A stretch of DNA of 64,000 nt, taken from NCBI GenBank assembly GCA_002633005.1, contig NMRA01000243.1, positions 526,140 to 590,139 of the forward strand, written 5' to 3'. Below, piece after piece: positions 37,651 through 51,554 of the stretch. The stretch is from Phoronis australis. Its lineage: Eukaryota > Animalia > Phoronida. Each line of letters starts with the position of its first letter. Position 1 is the first letter of the stretch. A program made the translations under genes and the position numbers. The notes beneath the pieces were generated by a model. It was not told the DNA's origin, did not search any database, and saw nothing but the letters and a program-made list of their open reading frames with translations.

Positions 37651-38982
37651 TGGGAACCAGGTTATGAAAATACACGGCAATATCTCGCGTAATCTCGAGA
37701 AGTCTTGATTTTTGGCGAGGTACTTGCGTTACTGAATTCTACCTTGATGTCTGGTTTACCTTCCTATCATCAGAAGATTACATTCTGATAACTAACTTGT
37801 GGTTAGGTTCTGTTCTCTCGTGCTGGTCGCACGTGATTGGTCAGAATACTGGCATTCTGCACTCACGTTAGACTCCTTATAGGACGACTGGTTTTGCGAA
37901 CGATAATCTGCCTTGTCATTAGACATCCTACCCGCTTTCTCATAAAAAAACATCACATATGAACGTCGTATGCAATATACGTTCTAATAGTATCCAATTT
38001 TGTCCAAGCCAAAAACCCAATGTACGCTGACTCAAAGGGAGGAAAACGAGTTTGTGAGAAGTAATGATGCGGCTTTGCGCTGTTGCAAGGAGCTTTCATT
38101 TGCGTATGACATGGGCTACATTCCGTAAACCCAAGGTGCATGCGGCGCCCATGGTTCACTTGAAACTCACGGTCATGTCTCGCGAAGCCATGCGTGATCT
38201 TACGTTTTCGGGAGTTTTTTGCGTCTACAGAACGTCGTGTTGTTCCCACATACTGATAGTAAGCCAGCCAAAAACAGCATAACTGCCTTTGGTCTGTGAC
38301 TTCTAGTTTTGAAAATTGACGAGGTGATATGATTAGTTTTTAGTCGTCCATGTTGCCAGCTGAAACCGAGACTGCAACCAGTAGTACCCAAATACGTTGG
38401 TTTTGCTTGCCAGTTTTGTCAAACCAGATTTTCACAGAAATTAGGGAATGCTCTACCATCACAGCTGCTGTGAAACACACCTTTGTTACATAACAATCGT
38501 CGTCTGTTCTATTCACGTGACCAGCACATATACTCGCTGTGCTAATCTATAGAAATCTGTCGTAAAATAAAGTCTCTCAAAATCACACCTGATAATCCGC
38601 CATGTCGTACGCAGATTATTTCTTTTCAACTGGCTCATCACCAGACACAGTCAGCGGGTTCTAAAATAAATGGTTACCTGTCTGATGGTGGTATTTCTTT
38701 TCAGTTATGCTCGTCAATTAAAATGGCGCCACAGTGGTTGTCAAAAATAAAGAATTCTCAGTAAATATTTCGAACGGACCACTCAGTTCCATCTATTCCA
38801 AGATGAAAAACTCACAAGTTGTCGTTTGTTTCATTGGGCATTGCAAGTTGTTCTGGTTTGAAAACATTTAGGCCAAATATGCGATCTACGAACTTTCTGT
38901 GTCTACTAGTGTGTCTGTAAATACTACTGAAGTTACGTGTGTGGTTGAGACGTGTCAGGTTCTTTTTAGTTCTTCCCATCAT

Positions 38983-39165
38983 CACCTGATGCCACCTGAA
39001 ATGAGTAGATGTCATTCGTTCCTTTTTTACCCTCGGAGTCACCTGATGCCACCTGAAATAAGTTAGGGGTCATTTGTTCTTTTTTACCCTCAGATTTACC
39101 TAATGCCAACTGAAATTAAACGGTCGGGATCATTGTTATTGCTACCCAGCGCCACCTGATGTCAG
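38983..39165. repeat. Minisatellite, ~57-bp unit, about 3 diverged copies
   Basis: CACCTGATGCCACCTGAAAT...GTCATT.GTTC.TTTTTACCCTC starts at 38983, 39040 and ~39098. Confidence 0.85.
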
Positions 39166-42100
39166 CAAAAAGAGTTGGATCCGTACCCAAAAGTACCATT
39201 TTGATCTAGTCTACATTTTTGTAGTTGCGGTTTTCCAAGAAGTACATTTCGCCTTAAGAAATGTCGTTACTGTTAACACTACGGTGATATATACAGACCT
39301 ATGTTCCGTGAGACAGGTTTTTTGCAAGTTTTTCCCGAGATATCACCATGTATTCTTACACATGAAGGACATGAACCCCATGGCTAATTTTTACTTGCAA
39401 GCATCTCGCACAGTGGAACTGGACCTTAGTACCACGACGACTCCACGTTGTGTTATCGATGGATGAAAGAAATCAAGGGTGTAGTCAAGAAGTTAGGTAA
39501 ACGTTCGTAACAAGTACCACGTGTTCACTGCACAACAGTTGGCTGACGTCGAGTTAAAATATTTAAACAGTTTTGCAAATGTATGTCTGCGGACCGGGGT
39601 TTAACATCCTACTCGAAATCGATAAATCCTGGTAACTGTAAATATTACCTCTAAATGACTTTTTTCGAACGTTTTACGCGACCATATGGAGACAGTAAAT
39701 TGTACAGACACGCATTACAAGAAACAACAGTTTCACAAGTTTATTCAGTGCTCTATTAAGTTTGTTTGATACAATGTTCGTCATTTCCCGTAGGGCGTCA
39801 TCGTATACATTGCTACATAAAATGATACTAGCTTGAGTAACCAAAATTCCGCCAAATCGGACAGTCCTCTTTTCTAACGGATTTTCAAACTTCTGGTAGT
39901 ATTTTTTCGCGAGCGTAAAACCATGTAGATGTATGCTTCAAATTCTTACTCTCATTTACTTTAGACTTCGGGTTCAGCATATCTGAGAAATATTAACCAT
40001 CAGTGATGTGGACAAGACGTTTATGGATTTTAAGTGTACAAACTCAAAGAATTAAGACACAATTTGAATGTCGGTGGTAATCCAAAGAGCCTCAAAGTTT
40101 GACGAGATCCTTTAAATATTTCATTTTATTTCAAGATACAGTTTGTGTGGGAATACTGTTGCAGAAGCTTGTATTCACATGGATATATTTACATGATGAC
40201 GTCCTACGGAAACTGACGAATTTTGTATAGATTGAGCGTGATCCTATTATGGAATTTTACTGTCACTGGCCGGAAAGGAATATTGGGAAATGCATCCTCC
40301 CCACTGGCAATGCACCTTAGGTCAATCATGAATGTTTGATATTTTACTGGACTAGGCAATTTGCCGCTTGAGTTAGTCTGAAAAAAGAGAACGCTTTGGT
40401 GAAATAACTTCCGAAATAAGCGGTATAGGAATTGACCTAATTACTTAAAATGAAAATTGCAAATGTCTGCCTGTAAGAAGTATACGCATTAGGGCAATAA
40501 CTCGCACGTTCCAGTTTTTATCGAAGCTAAAGCCGATGTTTATTGACTTATTAGCAAAACTAGCCATCGTTAGAGCCCTTTGATGTCTAAAGCAAAAAAG
40601 TGACGCGTACTTATTAAACTGGTGGGGACACTATCAGCGGGTTGGGTAATGCACATTTATGGTGATGGTGACACACGTGTATTCGTTGTGCTTTGTTTTC
40701 TGATTATTGAAAAGGTCGCGCTGAGGTTATGTTTCTTTGATTACCTTTCACTAGTCCTATAACAGGGCTGGTTCCGCATCTCGAGATACTCAAAAGCGAA
40801 AGCTAGAGAGATCACGTGCGCGTTTATAATGCACGGTACTGATGCTTCACTGGTGCAATAACTGCAAGCAGAGGCCTCCAGTAGAAGATTGAAACTATCT
40901 GTGCTAAAACTGCTTAAAAGCCACAACGTTTCACTATTTTTAAAACAAGCCAATGTCTGGAAATTGATATCGTAATATGCTGAGCACGCGGAAATGACAT
41001 CAATTAGCAGCCGATTGAGTTCCGCGTGTGTTCCTACGGTGAAGAAGACGATGTGTTAATAAATTACCCGTGAAAGAAAATGGGGAATACTTTTCCTGCG
41101 CAATTCTATTGTGTTTTGTATGGAATTTTCTGTATGTTCGAGATTTCTCCCTCACTTTTTTGCAGAAAGGGAATTGGGGAATCTAAGAAACGTGAACGTG
41201 AACAGTCGAACATGTACTGATGATCTGAAGAGCTTTAACCAACTTCTTTCGCAGCACCCTCATGTGGTGACGATGTTTTTTTGCAAATGTGATGGTATTG
41301 CAAATTTCATTTCCGGTGTCAACAATACACATGGCCAACAACCATTGGGTTTTTCTAGAAAACAATCATGCAGTTAAAAAATCAACTACAGAAATGAGCT
41401 TTATCCCACGCGCATTGAATCTGTCGAGGGAAATACGGCCATGAAATAAAGTTTTCCGTATTCACCTCCCGCACTACTTCAACAACGACCTCTGACATGG
41501 AAAGTTCAAAAGGTAGGTCAATGTCGACTCGACATCTTCAGCCGGTTCGACCATCAAACTTTCCGAATATAGTTTAAAGTAATACAGTTGCAACAGTGTA
41601 ACTAACACTCGACATGCAACCAGGCCCTAAACGTAAAATCTGGAACAAAACTGTTAATTATAAGACACTTATGTCTCAGTTTTCAATTGCTGAATACTAT
41701 ATCGTCTGCAACTCAGGGGCCGATTCCTAGGAAATTAAAATATCAAATATTGTTGGTTTTTAACAATTTCCAGGAGATGTTACAAGTTCACTGCTCAGTT
41801 GCCGTTGTTCTCATCTTTGCTACCTCTTTTTAGGAAATAAATCGTTACTTTTAAAACTGTTTCTTTTACAAGAGAAAACTTGCAACCTAACGCGCAAGTA
41901 CATACATGTAGGATGTGATCCGCCAGGTGAGCAGTCTGGGTGAAGTACTTGAAAAATCTGCCGAAAAATGTAAGAAAAAACAGGTCGAGGTCGATACGCG
42001 GAATAAGGTCGAGTGGGATATTACTTCATGTGCGCCACTCTCGGTGCGTTTTGTGTATTTATTTGTGACTTCAGCTTTTATTGTGGAGTCCATATATGCG

Positions 42101-45100
42101 CGTCAAGTTTTATTTACTTATTGTGACCTATACGTAGTCAGGGTTACATGTCTATGGTGTACGAAAATTGACTGGAATTTTCAACTCATCAATGATTTTG
42201 GCATATTTTGAAATAACTTGATTAACTTCAATAAAATGTGATCCAATTCCAAATTCGGGAAAATCAATAGCGATCGAACTCATGCAGCAAGTCCACCGGT
42301 GATTTTTTCCAATTTGAGGTAACTCCTCAAGAAATTTGTGATTTAGCGAATTATGACTTGCGTTGATGAAATTTGATGAAGCAAGCACCAAAATCCGGAT
42401 ACGCCAACGCTTACTGACCCATTTTTACGGAAGCCCCGACCCTTTTTCAATGCTACCCATCACGAAGCAGGCATCGGCCTTTCATTCTTTGTATGTGCAT
42501 AGGCGGATTTGTGTTTTGTTTTACCTTTATTCAAACATCAGAAATAGAGCAAACTCGAACGACTACCGCGTTGTTTATCCTAACTAAACTTGTGTGCTAC
42601 CCCGATCGTGTTTCTGTATGTCCATGTTTAACAAATAGATAGACATTTGCACTGTAGTCTAGGCTAATCGTATACAGATATTCAAGTAATTTACACAAAC
42701 CAGTATCTGCTGAAGCCATCACCGCCATTTTACTGGTTTGGAATGATATCGCATCCAGTCTAAAACACTTGATGTGCAATACAGACAAATGTACCGGGAA
42801 AGACGAGACCAACGTTATCGTTTTAGCAACGTTATGGACGGAGGCTTCAGGCACGCACGAGCACAGGTTGAGATTGTTTGATTGATCCATATGGTGCATT
42901 GTTGTAAAAACAAGCGATATGAACAACAATAAAGCCAATCGCAAATTTGAATATCTTTGCTCATGCTGTTGCGTATTTTATAGAGAACGAACGATGAACA
43001 ATTACATGCCTACGAGACGAGTGATACATTTGTAAATTGCATATTGCATTGGTGGTCGATAGACTGGAGATCAGGGCCAATCCTTGTGCGCGAACACTAC
43101 GGTGAAGCTAGGAACCAATATATTAGTTCCCCAGGGTTAAGGCAAGTTACTTCAAAGCCCAATAAAAGATTTTGATCCATGTGACCTGTGACAACATTAC
43201 TTTATAATCACGTAAAGAACGTGGTTGAGATGCTACGAAAGTGTAACAGGGCGGCTGTTATCTTGTTTACGTTTACGACAAACCACTATTAGAGCAGCGC
43301 GGTAACAGTTTCGTAATTTATACCATACTAATTTGAAAATGCTGAGTATCGCATTGTGTTACAGAAACATTTTTATTTCGAAAACGCCAGAGTCTGTTTC
43401 GTGTAGGTGGCTTAAGATTTAAGACAGAATTTTGGTGGGAAAAGATGTAGCCAAGCAAATTTGAACGCATCCCAGTCTGAAATGATTTACAGAAATAGTC
43501 TTAGTAACTTATGTGCATATTCTCCGACATTTTGGACTTTTGCACAGGTAAGATTTGTTTTTCATAAATAGTTTCATGGAACGTAAGCAAGATCAAGTTT
43601 CTGACCTAAGACTTAATTCACTTTTCTTGGAGCAGACCCCTGTTCCCTTTGTTTTATCTTAAATATCGCAGTGATTTACCTAATGAAATGCTTACGATGC
43701 AGGCATTTGTAAAATCATCAGGTTCACTATTTTGGAAACACAGACGAAATATAAACTCTTTCCTCCCAATACAGTTTCCCAATTCTCCGACCCTAATAAC
43801 ATATATGTGAGCATGCGCTCAAAGAAGTCGAAGTGGCTGCTCTCGAAATGGCCATTGCTTTGCTTACATCAAAGGTCAAATATCACATTTTTCATATAAG
43901 GGAATGTGCTACGTCTATGTCTTGCCAAACCACGTATGGAGACGTGCTTTGTCTTGTGGGAGACAAATCGACGAAGTGACAAGCAGTTTTGACAGATCGT
44001 GTTTTTTAAAGTAGAGGAAAATGCTTTGACATCAACAAAAATTCAACATTTTTAAGAACAAACCGTAAAAATACGTGGTGAACAGTTTGATTTCTGTCTT
44101 TTTTGTAGCAGATAACCACTTTGAATAAAGCAATTTAGTCTGTTTTTCACGTTTTATGCCACTTTAAAGTTGTTCCCACAGACGGAATCTTTAGGAGTCG
44201 GGTTTGTCATCCATAAGATAGAGTACAGTACCTTCAGTGATACTATGAAACATATCCGGGTTATAAAAAGATCACTCTTGGTTCCATTGGCAAAACTTTT
44301 GCACGAACTCGCGGTGCCAAATTAAGCCAATCTTCCACTGAAATCCCAGTTTAAAAAAATCAACAGTTTCCACTTTCGCAACTGAAAAGCGGCAACAAAG
44401 TATTTTCCGAATAAACAGAGAGAAAAATTCTCAAAACTGAAGTCAAATTGATTTTGTTAAGATAAATTTCGTATTTGCATTTTACAGAAGTTGTTGAATG
44501 GTTGTGATAACAGCATTCAACCAAATCCACACAAGCTTTGGAATAGTGAAAAGTGAAAATGGATGCTTAAAAAGATCGAAACTTCTCAAAAATATTCCTA
44601 AGTGGAACGAACTTCATAAATTGTAAAGAATGTAACAGTATATGGAATCAATTGATACATGGTTCACGATAATAATGGCATGATGTGTGCAAATTGCCAA
44701 AAATCAAAAATATGCAAAATTTTACAAAAAATAGTACAATATGGGATAAGGAGACATTAATAAAGAATATCTATCTATACATTGTCAAGAAAAATTGATA
44801 ACGGCCATTGGCTGAACATCAGAAATTTAGCTTGACCCAAAACAAGTCACAAAAATCATTGTTGTGAAAAAGAACTGCAAGTAACACACTGAACTTGAAT
44901 TTATTTTAAACTTAAACAAATAATGCTGACATCAGCAAATAATTTGCTAATGCTGGCATTGTTTGTGATGAAAATCAACAGAACTGGAAAACTGAGAATC
45001 CCCGGTGTAAGTTACATTTTTATTATTCTGTATGTTAATAAATATGCGCTTGTGAACCTTCTCAATTTATGAGCTTGAGATTGACTTAAGAGGCAACTTA

Positions 45101-48100
45101 CATCATCGCCTCTAGGTAAATACTGTAACATTAGAAGAGTAAGAAAAATCTGATTTAAAAAATGTGGAACTTGAAATAGGGGACTTTTCGAATATCAAAA
45201 GGTTGAATATTTATCTAGCCACGCATGAAAAATAATGCAGATGCCGCATGACGTTATTGCATAATGAAAAGACTGGAGCTTCGGTCGACTGCCTAATAGT
45301 TACCACATTCTGATTACCGACGAAAAAGCGTGACATCATATTGAAATATAGGGCAGCGAAAGCATTGCCAAGTGACCATCCACGGCTTTCATAATAAGGG
45401 CTACATTCATAATAAGGGTCACACTGAGTTCTGCTGCTTTCTCTACTCGTGAAGTTATATAATAACCGATATTTTTTAGGACATTTCAGGGCCTCGGTTT
45501 CGTGATTCGTCACTCGCTTTACGACAATTTATGGATAGGAATAGTAATAGAATTTAAAAATATAGAAAGAACTGTGCCCTTAAAAGTTTATTTGAGCAAG
45601 AATTTCGACTTTACATGATTTATGCAAGTTCAATTTTTTTTAACTTGGACTAATACTTAAATGGGCTACGTCTTTGTTCAAGTACCTGCTGTTTCCGTTT
45701 CATTTCGTGTTTGGGTGTCCTTGTTGTAAAATATTTTACTATTGTACGTGACATTGTTATAACATACCTTTCTGGTGCAATCACTGCTGATTTTCTGACT
45801 AAAATTTCAGAAGCTTTCATGCCAGGTTTAAACGGTTGTTTGCCACGAAAACATCGTTGATTTCTACGAAAAAATTGTGTGAATTCCTTTCTCTGTTAGA
45901 GATATGCGAGATATCTGACATACAGGTCTCCCGAAGGCTGTAATTATACCAGAACGTTTTCATTTCTTTCATTCTGCTGAAATTTTGGCTTCCCAAAATC
46001 AGCTATAATGTGACGTCTCCATCAATCTCTAAAAGGTCAAATGCGTGCGTGTCCTATCATAATAGTGTCACTAATTGTGCGCCCAGAATGTGCATGTGGA
46101 GTATTTTTTTATTTACTTGAGCTGCGAAATCGTGAATTGCTCATGGTTTCCTCCCAGTGGTCATGAAGTCGTGTTGTGCAGCTCTCAGTGAGTCACACAT
46201 CGGGCCAATTGAATGGCTGTTGATTTTAGTTTGATGGATCGACAACTGTGATCATTATGTAAGGCTCATTTACGTTGATTTCTAAATCATAATTGTCATT
46301 ACCCAAGTCCATGAAGAATTCATAGCCAGTTACATTAGTCTTCACCGTGTTACACGTCACCAGCGCGAACGCCATGCAGCGCAGTGTTAAGTCGCGTTTC
46401 TTATTGTCCCAGCGGATATAAATTATGGTCTATTGATCGTGTAGTTTTAATATATAACCGTCGTGGACGCTAAAATGCCGTTTTCAGCGATAAAGTAGGA
46501 GTACTGAAAGTTTGTACACCACTTTGTTATCTGTTGCTTTCTGTGAACTTGAAGAATGGAAGATTTAGGTTGCAGACGCACGTTCGGAGGGTCCACGCGA
46601 CCCCGTGCTCGGTGTCTTTGGTCCCTGCGGTATTGGGGGGAATATAATGCCCATGTCATTCCATCGTCTGGCGCCCCTTCTTATTATCTTGGATCCACCC
46701 TGGTAGCGACTAGTGGGCTCGTTTGATGTTTTCGAAGATATCTGAGAGGTTTACAAACACTGGCACTCACAAGAGTCTACACCTTGGCCATAAACATGTA
46801 CGATTAATGCACGTGTATGTCTCTCCATCTTTCAAAAACCCGTTCATCATCAAATACTTGGCACAATCATTGCCTGGATAGTGTCAAGGCATTGATTTTA
46901 TTATCAAGTGATAGATCTAAATTTTATTCATGGACACAAAATATATCGATTGTTCTACGAAATATTTGCATATACACTCGACGCTAAACCCCTAGGCCTC
47001 CAACAGTATTTAATTTGAAGGTCGATCGTCAAATTAAACATAAATATTCACTAGCTGTCTTACTTATTGTTCATTGGACTAAATTAAATTGCAAAGTGCA
47101 TTGGTAGAATGAAATTAAATACAGTCATTATCACGCTAAGGGGACAATCGCGATTGCTGTCAAAAATATTTTTTATTAGGCCACTTTTCGTCATAAACTC
47201 GGTCTTTTATTGTTCCTTAGTTGGATTGGAAACAATTTCTAGCTCGGGGAACAACTAATAGTTCATTTTTGCCTCAGACCACCTCATAAACTTTACTTGT
47301 CACGGCACGTTAGTTTCGTCCGCCGATGCAGCGTGGCCGTCAGAAGGTCAGAGGAACCAGAATAGTTTTATTGCTACCAATGCCAATCCAACCAAGTGAT
47401 GCGAACACGAAGACATCGCTTTGGTAGAGTCAAAAGACAGAAATTCGTTTACGACACCAGAGCCATGGTGAAATCTTTACACTCGAACTTCGACTCAGAC
47501 GTTGACCAATTGCAAATCGCGCTTTGCGTAAACATACAAATTTGTACTCTCGTAAGGCGACATGATTGGTTAAGTTTTAAGACTGAGTTTGAGTCCAGTC
47601 AGAGTTCTGAGATTAGACCCCGAGCCGATGACACAGTTTGTAGCAGTGTTTCGCTATTATCTATTTAATTTGAACACCGTCGCAGCCAGCGTACATTTCC
47701 TCTTCACCTTTTATCAGTTGCGCACGATATCACAAAATTGTACAGCGTTTTAAGCGCATGCACCTGAATGTGAAGCTGGAACTACATACGGAATCAGGCG
47801 CATTCGCCCACTTGTAAAACATCTGAACAAACGCATTATTTCGTATATACGCTCCTGAGCCCAAAAATGTGCACATACATGTACGACAAGCAGGAGTTCC
47901 GTGTAAACATTTAACATCGTCGATGTATCGAGTATCCATAGGTGAATGTAAATAGCAGCGCGGTGCATGAAACTAGCGTGAGTGATTGCGTCAGTAATTA
48001 ACGTGTTAAACTCCACAAGAATGTCCATTGACCAAATTAGTTTCATTTCACCTTCGATATATTACAATGCTGAGATAGTGTACTATTCGTTTGTGCAAGC

Positions 48101-48986
48101 TGACGCATAGAATTAACTACAGATTGATAAGTCCGCTGAAAGGAAACGGTTCCATCTCCACTTGTATGTCTTCAAAACGAAATAGTTTAAAACAAAAAAT
48201 AAGTATGGAATCTCACCTTATGTTTGCTTTGAGTAGTAGAGGAGTACATTCTAACGCCGAGTCGCCCGCTTCTATACCGTCATGTCTCGTGGTTAGATCT
48301 CTCAGCTCAGCGACCAGATGAAGCTATTATGCCAATCTATTCAAGCCTATTACGATAGCTAACGAATACAAACGCAGAGTTCCGGAAGTAGGGAGGTTCT
48401 AATCATGAAAAGACAAGCTCTTTAGCCAGTTGAACGAAATTCTTTTTTCAAATGGCGCAGTATTGGAAAATGTCAAATGACAATAGGCGGGATGTTCAAT
48501 TATAAATCGCTAATGTGTTTAAAGATCTTAGAAAATATACAATGTTTACCTACGGTATTAGAATTTGTCGGCAATTTAATAGAGCGCTATTTGCTCGTTA
48601 ATGGCACTACAATGGAAATATCGATATCAACTGACTACACGGAACAGCAAAATACTGTTAGATCGAACCGACAAGTCTTTCAAATACACATATGTAGGCT
48701 TTCTCGTTTTGGAATGTTGTTTAAAACTCATTAGATATATTTGCAGCCCCTTACTTGGATAATTACAATTACAATCCCAAGGTAATTAACCTATTCTCAT
48801 TTGTGATCTCCCATGTGTGCCTGCATGTGTTGTCTGATTTCTCTTCCCTGTTGTTATTGGGAACATTCCCGATGAGGGGAACTGATGAGAAATCCGCGAC
48901 TCGGCCTGGCTGGCCGAACCGGGACGCGAATTCACAACTTAATTAATCCATGGGAAACCGCCGGGCGATCATTGTTTCAGACCTTC

Positions 48987-49144
48987 CAGTGGCGTATTTA
49001 GGAGGGCAAGGGGGCATGGCCCGTCCTAAAATTCTCCCAGAGTCCATTTGGCAGTTCAGGGGTGTGAATGTCTGAGGGGCAAAATCCTGGCTAATACACT
49101 GCCCTGACCCAAACTCCTAACTCAAAATCCTGGATCCGCCCATG
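48987..49144. mobile_element. MITE with 5-bp TSD (CCTTC), hAT5-like
   Basis: CAGTGGCGTATTTAGG...CTCAAAATCCTGGATCCGCCCATG with CCTTC on both sides. Confidence 0.85.
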
Positions 49145-50088
49145 CCTTCAACTGCCCAGGGTGTGCCAATTTTTCTATGTCGTGAAACACTCATTCTCAG
49201 AAATATGGCTCTACTTTCAGCAGCCCAACAGCCGTGGTCGTAGTGAAGAAATAACGTAGTAATTCGCGAGACAACGGCCATTGATAAGTTAAAGGTGAAA
49301 AGTGACCATGTCAAGCGACAAGGTTTTCAGTCGCAAGACATCTTGGGAAAATTAATTGAGTTTCAATGGTTTCTGAATGTCTACGACAGTAGTGTTTGTA
49401 AGATTTTTATGAGGAAACTTAGTGTCGTTTTACTTTATACCACTGGTAACAGCGCCATCTTTGTCAGAGAATCCATACGGAAAGTCAAAGAACATCCTAT
49501 CCTCCAAAAAGGGTGTTATCATTGTTTCTCGGTCTTCAGTCATTTTTCCGCGGTGTAGCGTGAAACGCCGTTAAATTACATTTTACGTCATTGCTACATT
49601 TTACGTTGCTAACCCTCTCCTAAAATGTAACAAGTTGTTACGTTTTACGTAGTTGTTACATTTCACGTCGACTACACATGCGAGAAATGTACCACTGTTA
49701 TATTTTACGAAAGCAACGTCATATTGCAAAGAAAATGACCAAAACCACAAACAAGTGGTATCTAACACGGCCGAGGGTACTGGAGTATTTTCGGACGAGG
49801 GGTGCCGCCCGAAAATTTTGAATACCTTCCCGTTTAAACGAGAGTGGGCTCGGACAAAAGAGTGCAGACCCATTTAGAGATTAATTTGTGTAAAAATTCA
49901 CATTTTCGCACAGTTCTGTTTCAAAAATTCAGGAAAGACACCATTTAGATATAATTTTGTCGAAAATGGCCCCATATAAGATATTGGAGGGTGTTTTTAG
50001 TGAAAAACACCCTTTCTCGTATACCTCTTCTACAGGAATGCTCTCCAGGCTGACTCGACATGAATTGGGCTACCTATTATCATTTTTA

Positions 50089-50195
50089 TTAGTATTACAC
50101 TACTATTACTACTGTTACTACTATTACTGGTATAACTACCTTAATTACTATCACTACTATTACTCGTTTTCGTTATCGTTATTATTATTATTAAT
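50089..50195. repeat. Degenerate (TAC/TAT/TTA)n trinucleotide microsatellite
   Basis: Directly visible. Explains the poly-Tyr ORF at 49957-50262. Confidence 0.9.
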
Positions 50196-51410
50196 ATTTA
50201 CAAATTTATTTTACGAGGACACAATACATGTTTACCAAATTGCTAATACAGGTACATCATAGTCCTCAAAGATTTTAAAGTCATCTCATTTATGGTTCAA
50301 TATTTTCATCGGGTTTTCCATAGTGGACAGCGAGTGCTGTTCCAAAAGAATTTTAAAGGGGTTCCGTAAGTTCAGCCTTAACGATATTGTGAGGAACGTC
50401 TTGGCAACTGTGGAAGCAGAGTAGGCCTGCCTTTTGGAAACGAGGTTGAAATTTAAAATCTTGTTTAGACGTGCACCAACTTCAAAAATTGATTATTTCT
50501 GCACTGTGGGAAAGCACTATATTGTTTGTAAATATAACTATATCCATCTGTAGTTTGTCTCGAAGAACTGAATTCGGACAGCAATATTTTCTAAGCGTGA
50601 GCATACCCACCGTGTAATCATTTCTGTCTCTTGTTGAAAACATGCCTTTTCAAAGAAGTGGGGATCGTTCCACGATGATGTGTAAGTTCAAAAATTGCGT
50701 TTAGTTGAACTCTGGAGGCAGACATTTTTCGAGAACTAACGACTAGTTGGCTGCGGTCACCGGGTCATTAGAATAGCTGGTTACGGACATTCAAAACACG
50801 CAACGATTTTATGAAGAACGGGCCCCAATACTCTTAGAACACAGTGATTTAACAGAGTGGTTTGAACTAGGTTTCATTGAAATTGGATTGTACTGGAACA
50901 AAAACGGCCAACGTCGAAGTCAGCGATGTTTAATATGAGCTTTTAATGCAATGTATCAAAAGGGTTAATATACCAAATTCCCTTATCAGCGAGTTGCAAC
51001 ACAAAAAGTGGCGCCTCATGAGACACGTGACTTCAAGTCCATTAATAATAGAATGTCCAATCTGTCTTTATTTATGTGTACTTCGAAAAAACGAACAGCG
51101 ACCAAATAGCAATTTTAAAAGAGAAAGTGCATGCTTTTGTAGTCTCAAAGGCAGACAGTCAGCTTCTTTGGACTATTGTCCCTCTAAAATATCAACCTAT
51201 TTTGCTGTTGATTTGGTAAAATCTGTCAACCTTCCGGCAAACAAATGCGTGCTTGTATTTCCTTCCACCACAATGTCTAAGAAATTGACATTCGTAACTA
51301 AGGTGGTCAGACAGAATCCGTCGGCATCAGAAACTTTGGTTTTGCTCAGTTTGTGTGGAGCAGGGCAATTACTGCATTAGCTTGGACTCCCAGGCAAGGC
51401 TGAAATAAAC

Positions 51411-51554
51411 CAGTGGCGGATTTAAAGGGGGGCAAGGCCCCTAAAATTCTCAGATTACTTTTGGCAGTTCGAGGGTGCAAATACCTAACGGGCAAAGTCT
51501 TGGCTAATACTCGGTCATGGCTGCCCCTAACTCAAAATCCTGGATCTGCCCCTG
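51411..51554. mobile_element. MITE with 5-bp TSD (TAAAC), hAT5-like
   Basis: CAGTGGCGGATTTAAAGG...CTCAAAATCCTGGATCTGCCCCTG with TAAAC on both sides. Confidence 0.85.

Noticed and set aside
38983-39165. Repeat-spacer-like pattern suggesting a CRISPR array
   Set aside because: The spacers are homologous to each other (plain minisatellite), there are no cas genes, and the context is eukaryotic.
40745-40802. Possible upstream exon of the CaaX gene (ctctctag|...MRNQPCYRTSE AG|gtaatc, phase 2)
   Set aside because: Phase-compatible but 14.5 kb away with a weak pyrimidine tract. Such matches arise by chance; needs transcript data.
31700-48900. Numerous 60-115 aa ORFs across the gene-poor middle region
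   Set aside because: No domains and no phase-consistent exon chains found. Consistent with intergenic DNA and repeat debris, although small or non-coding exons cannot be excluded.
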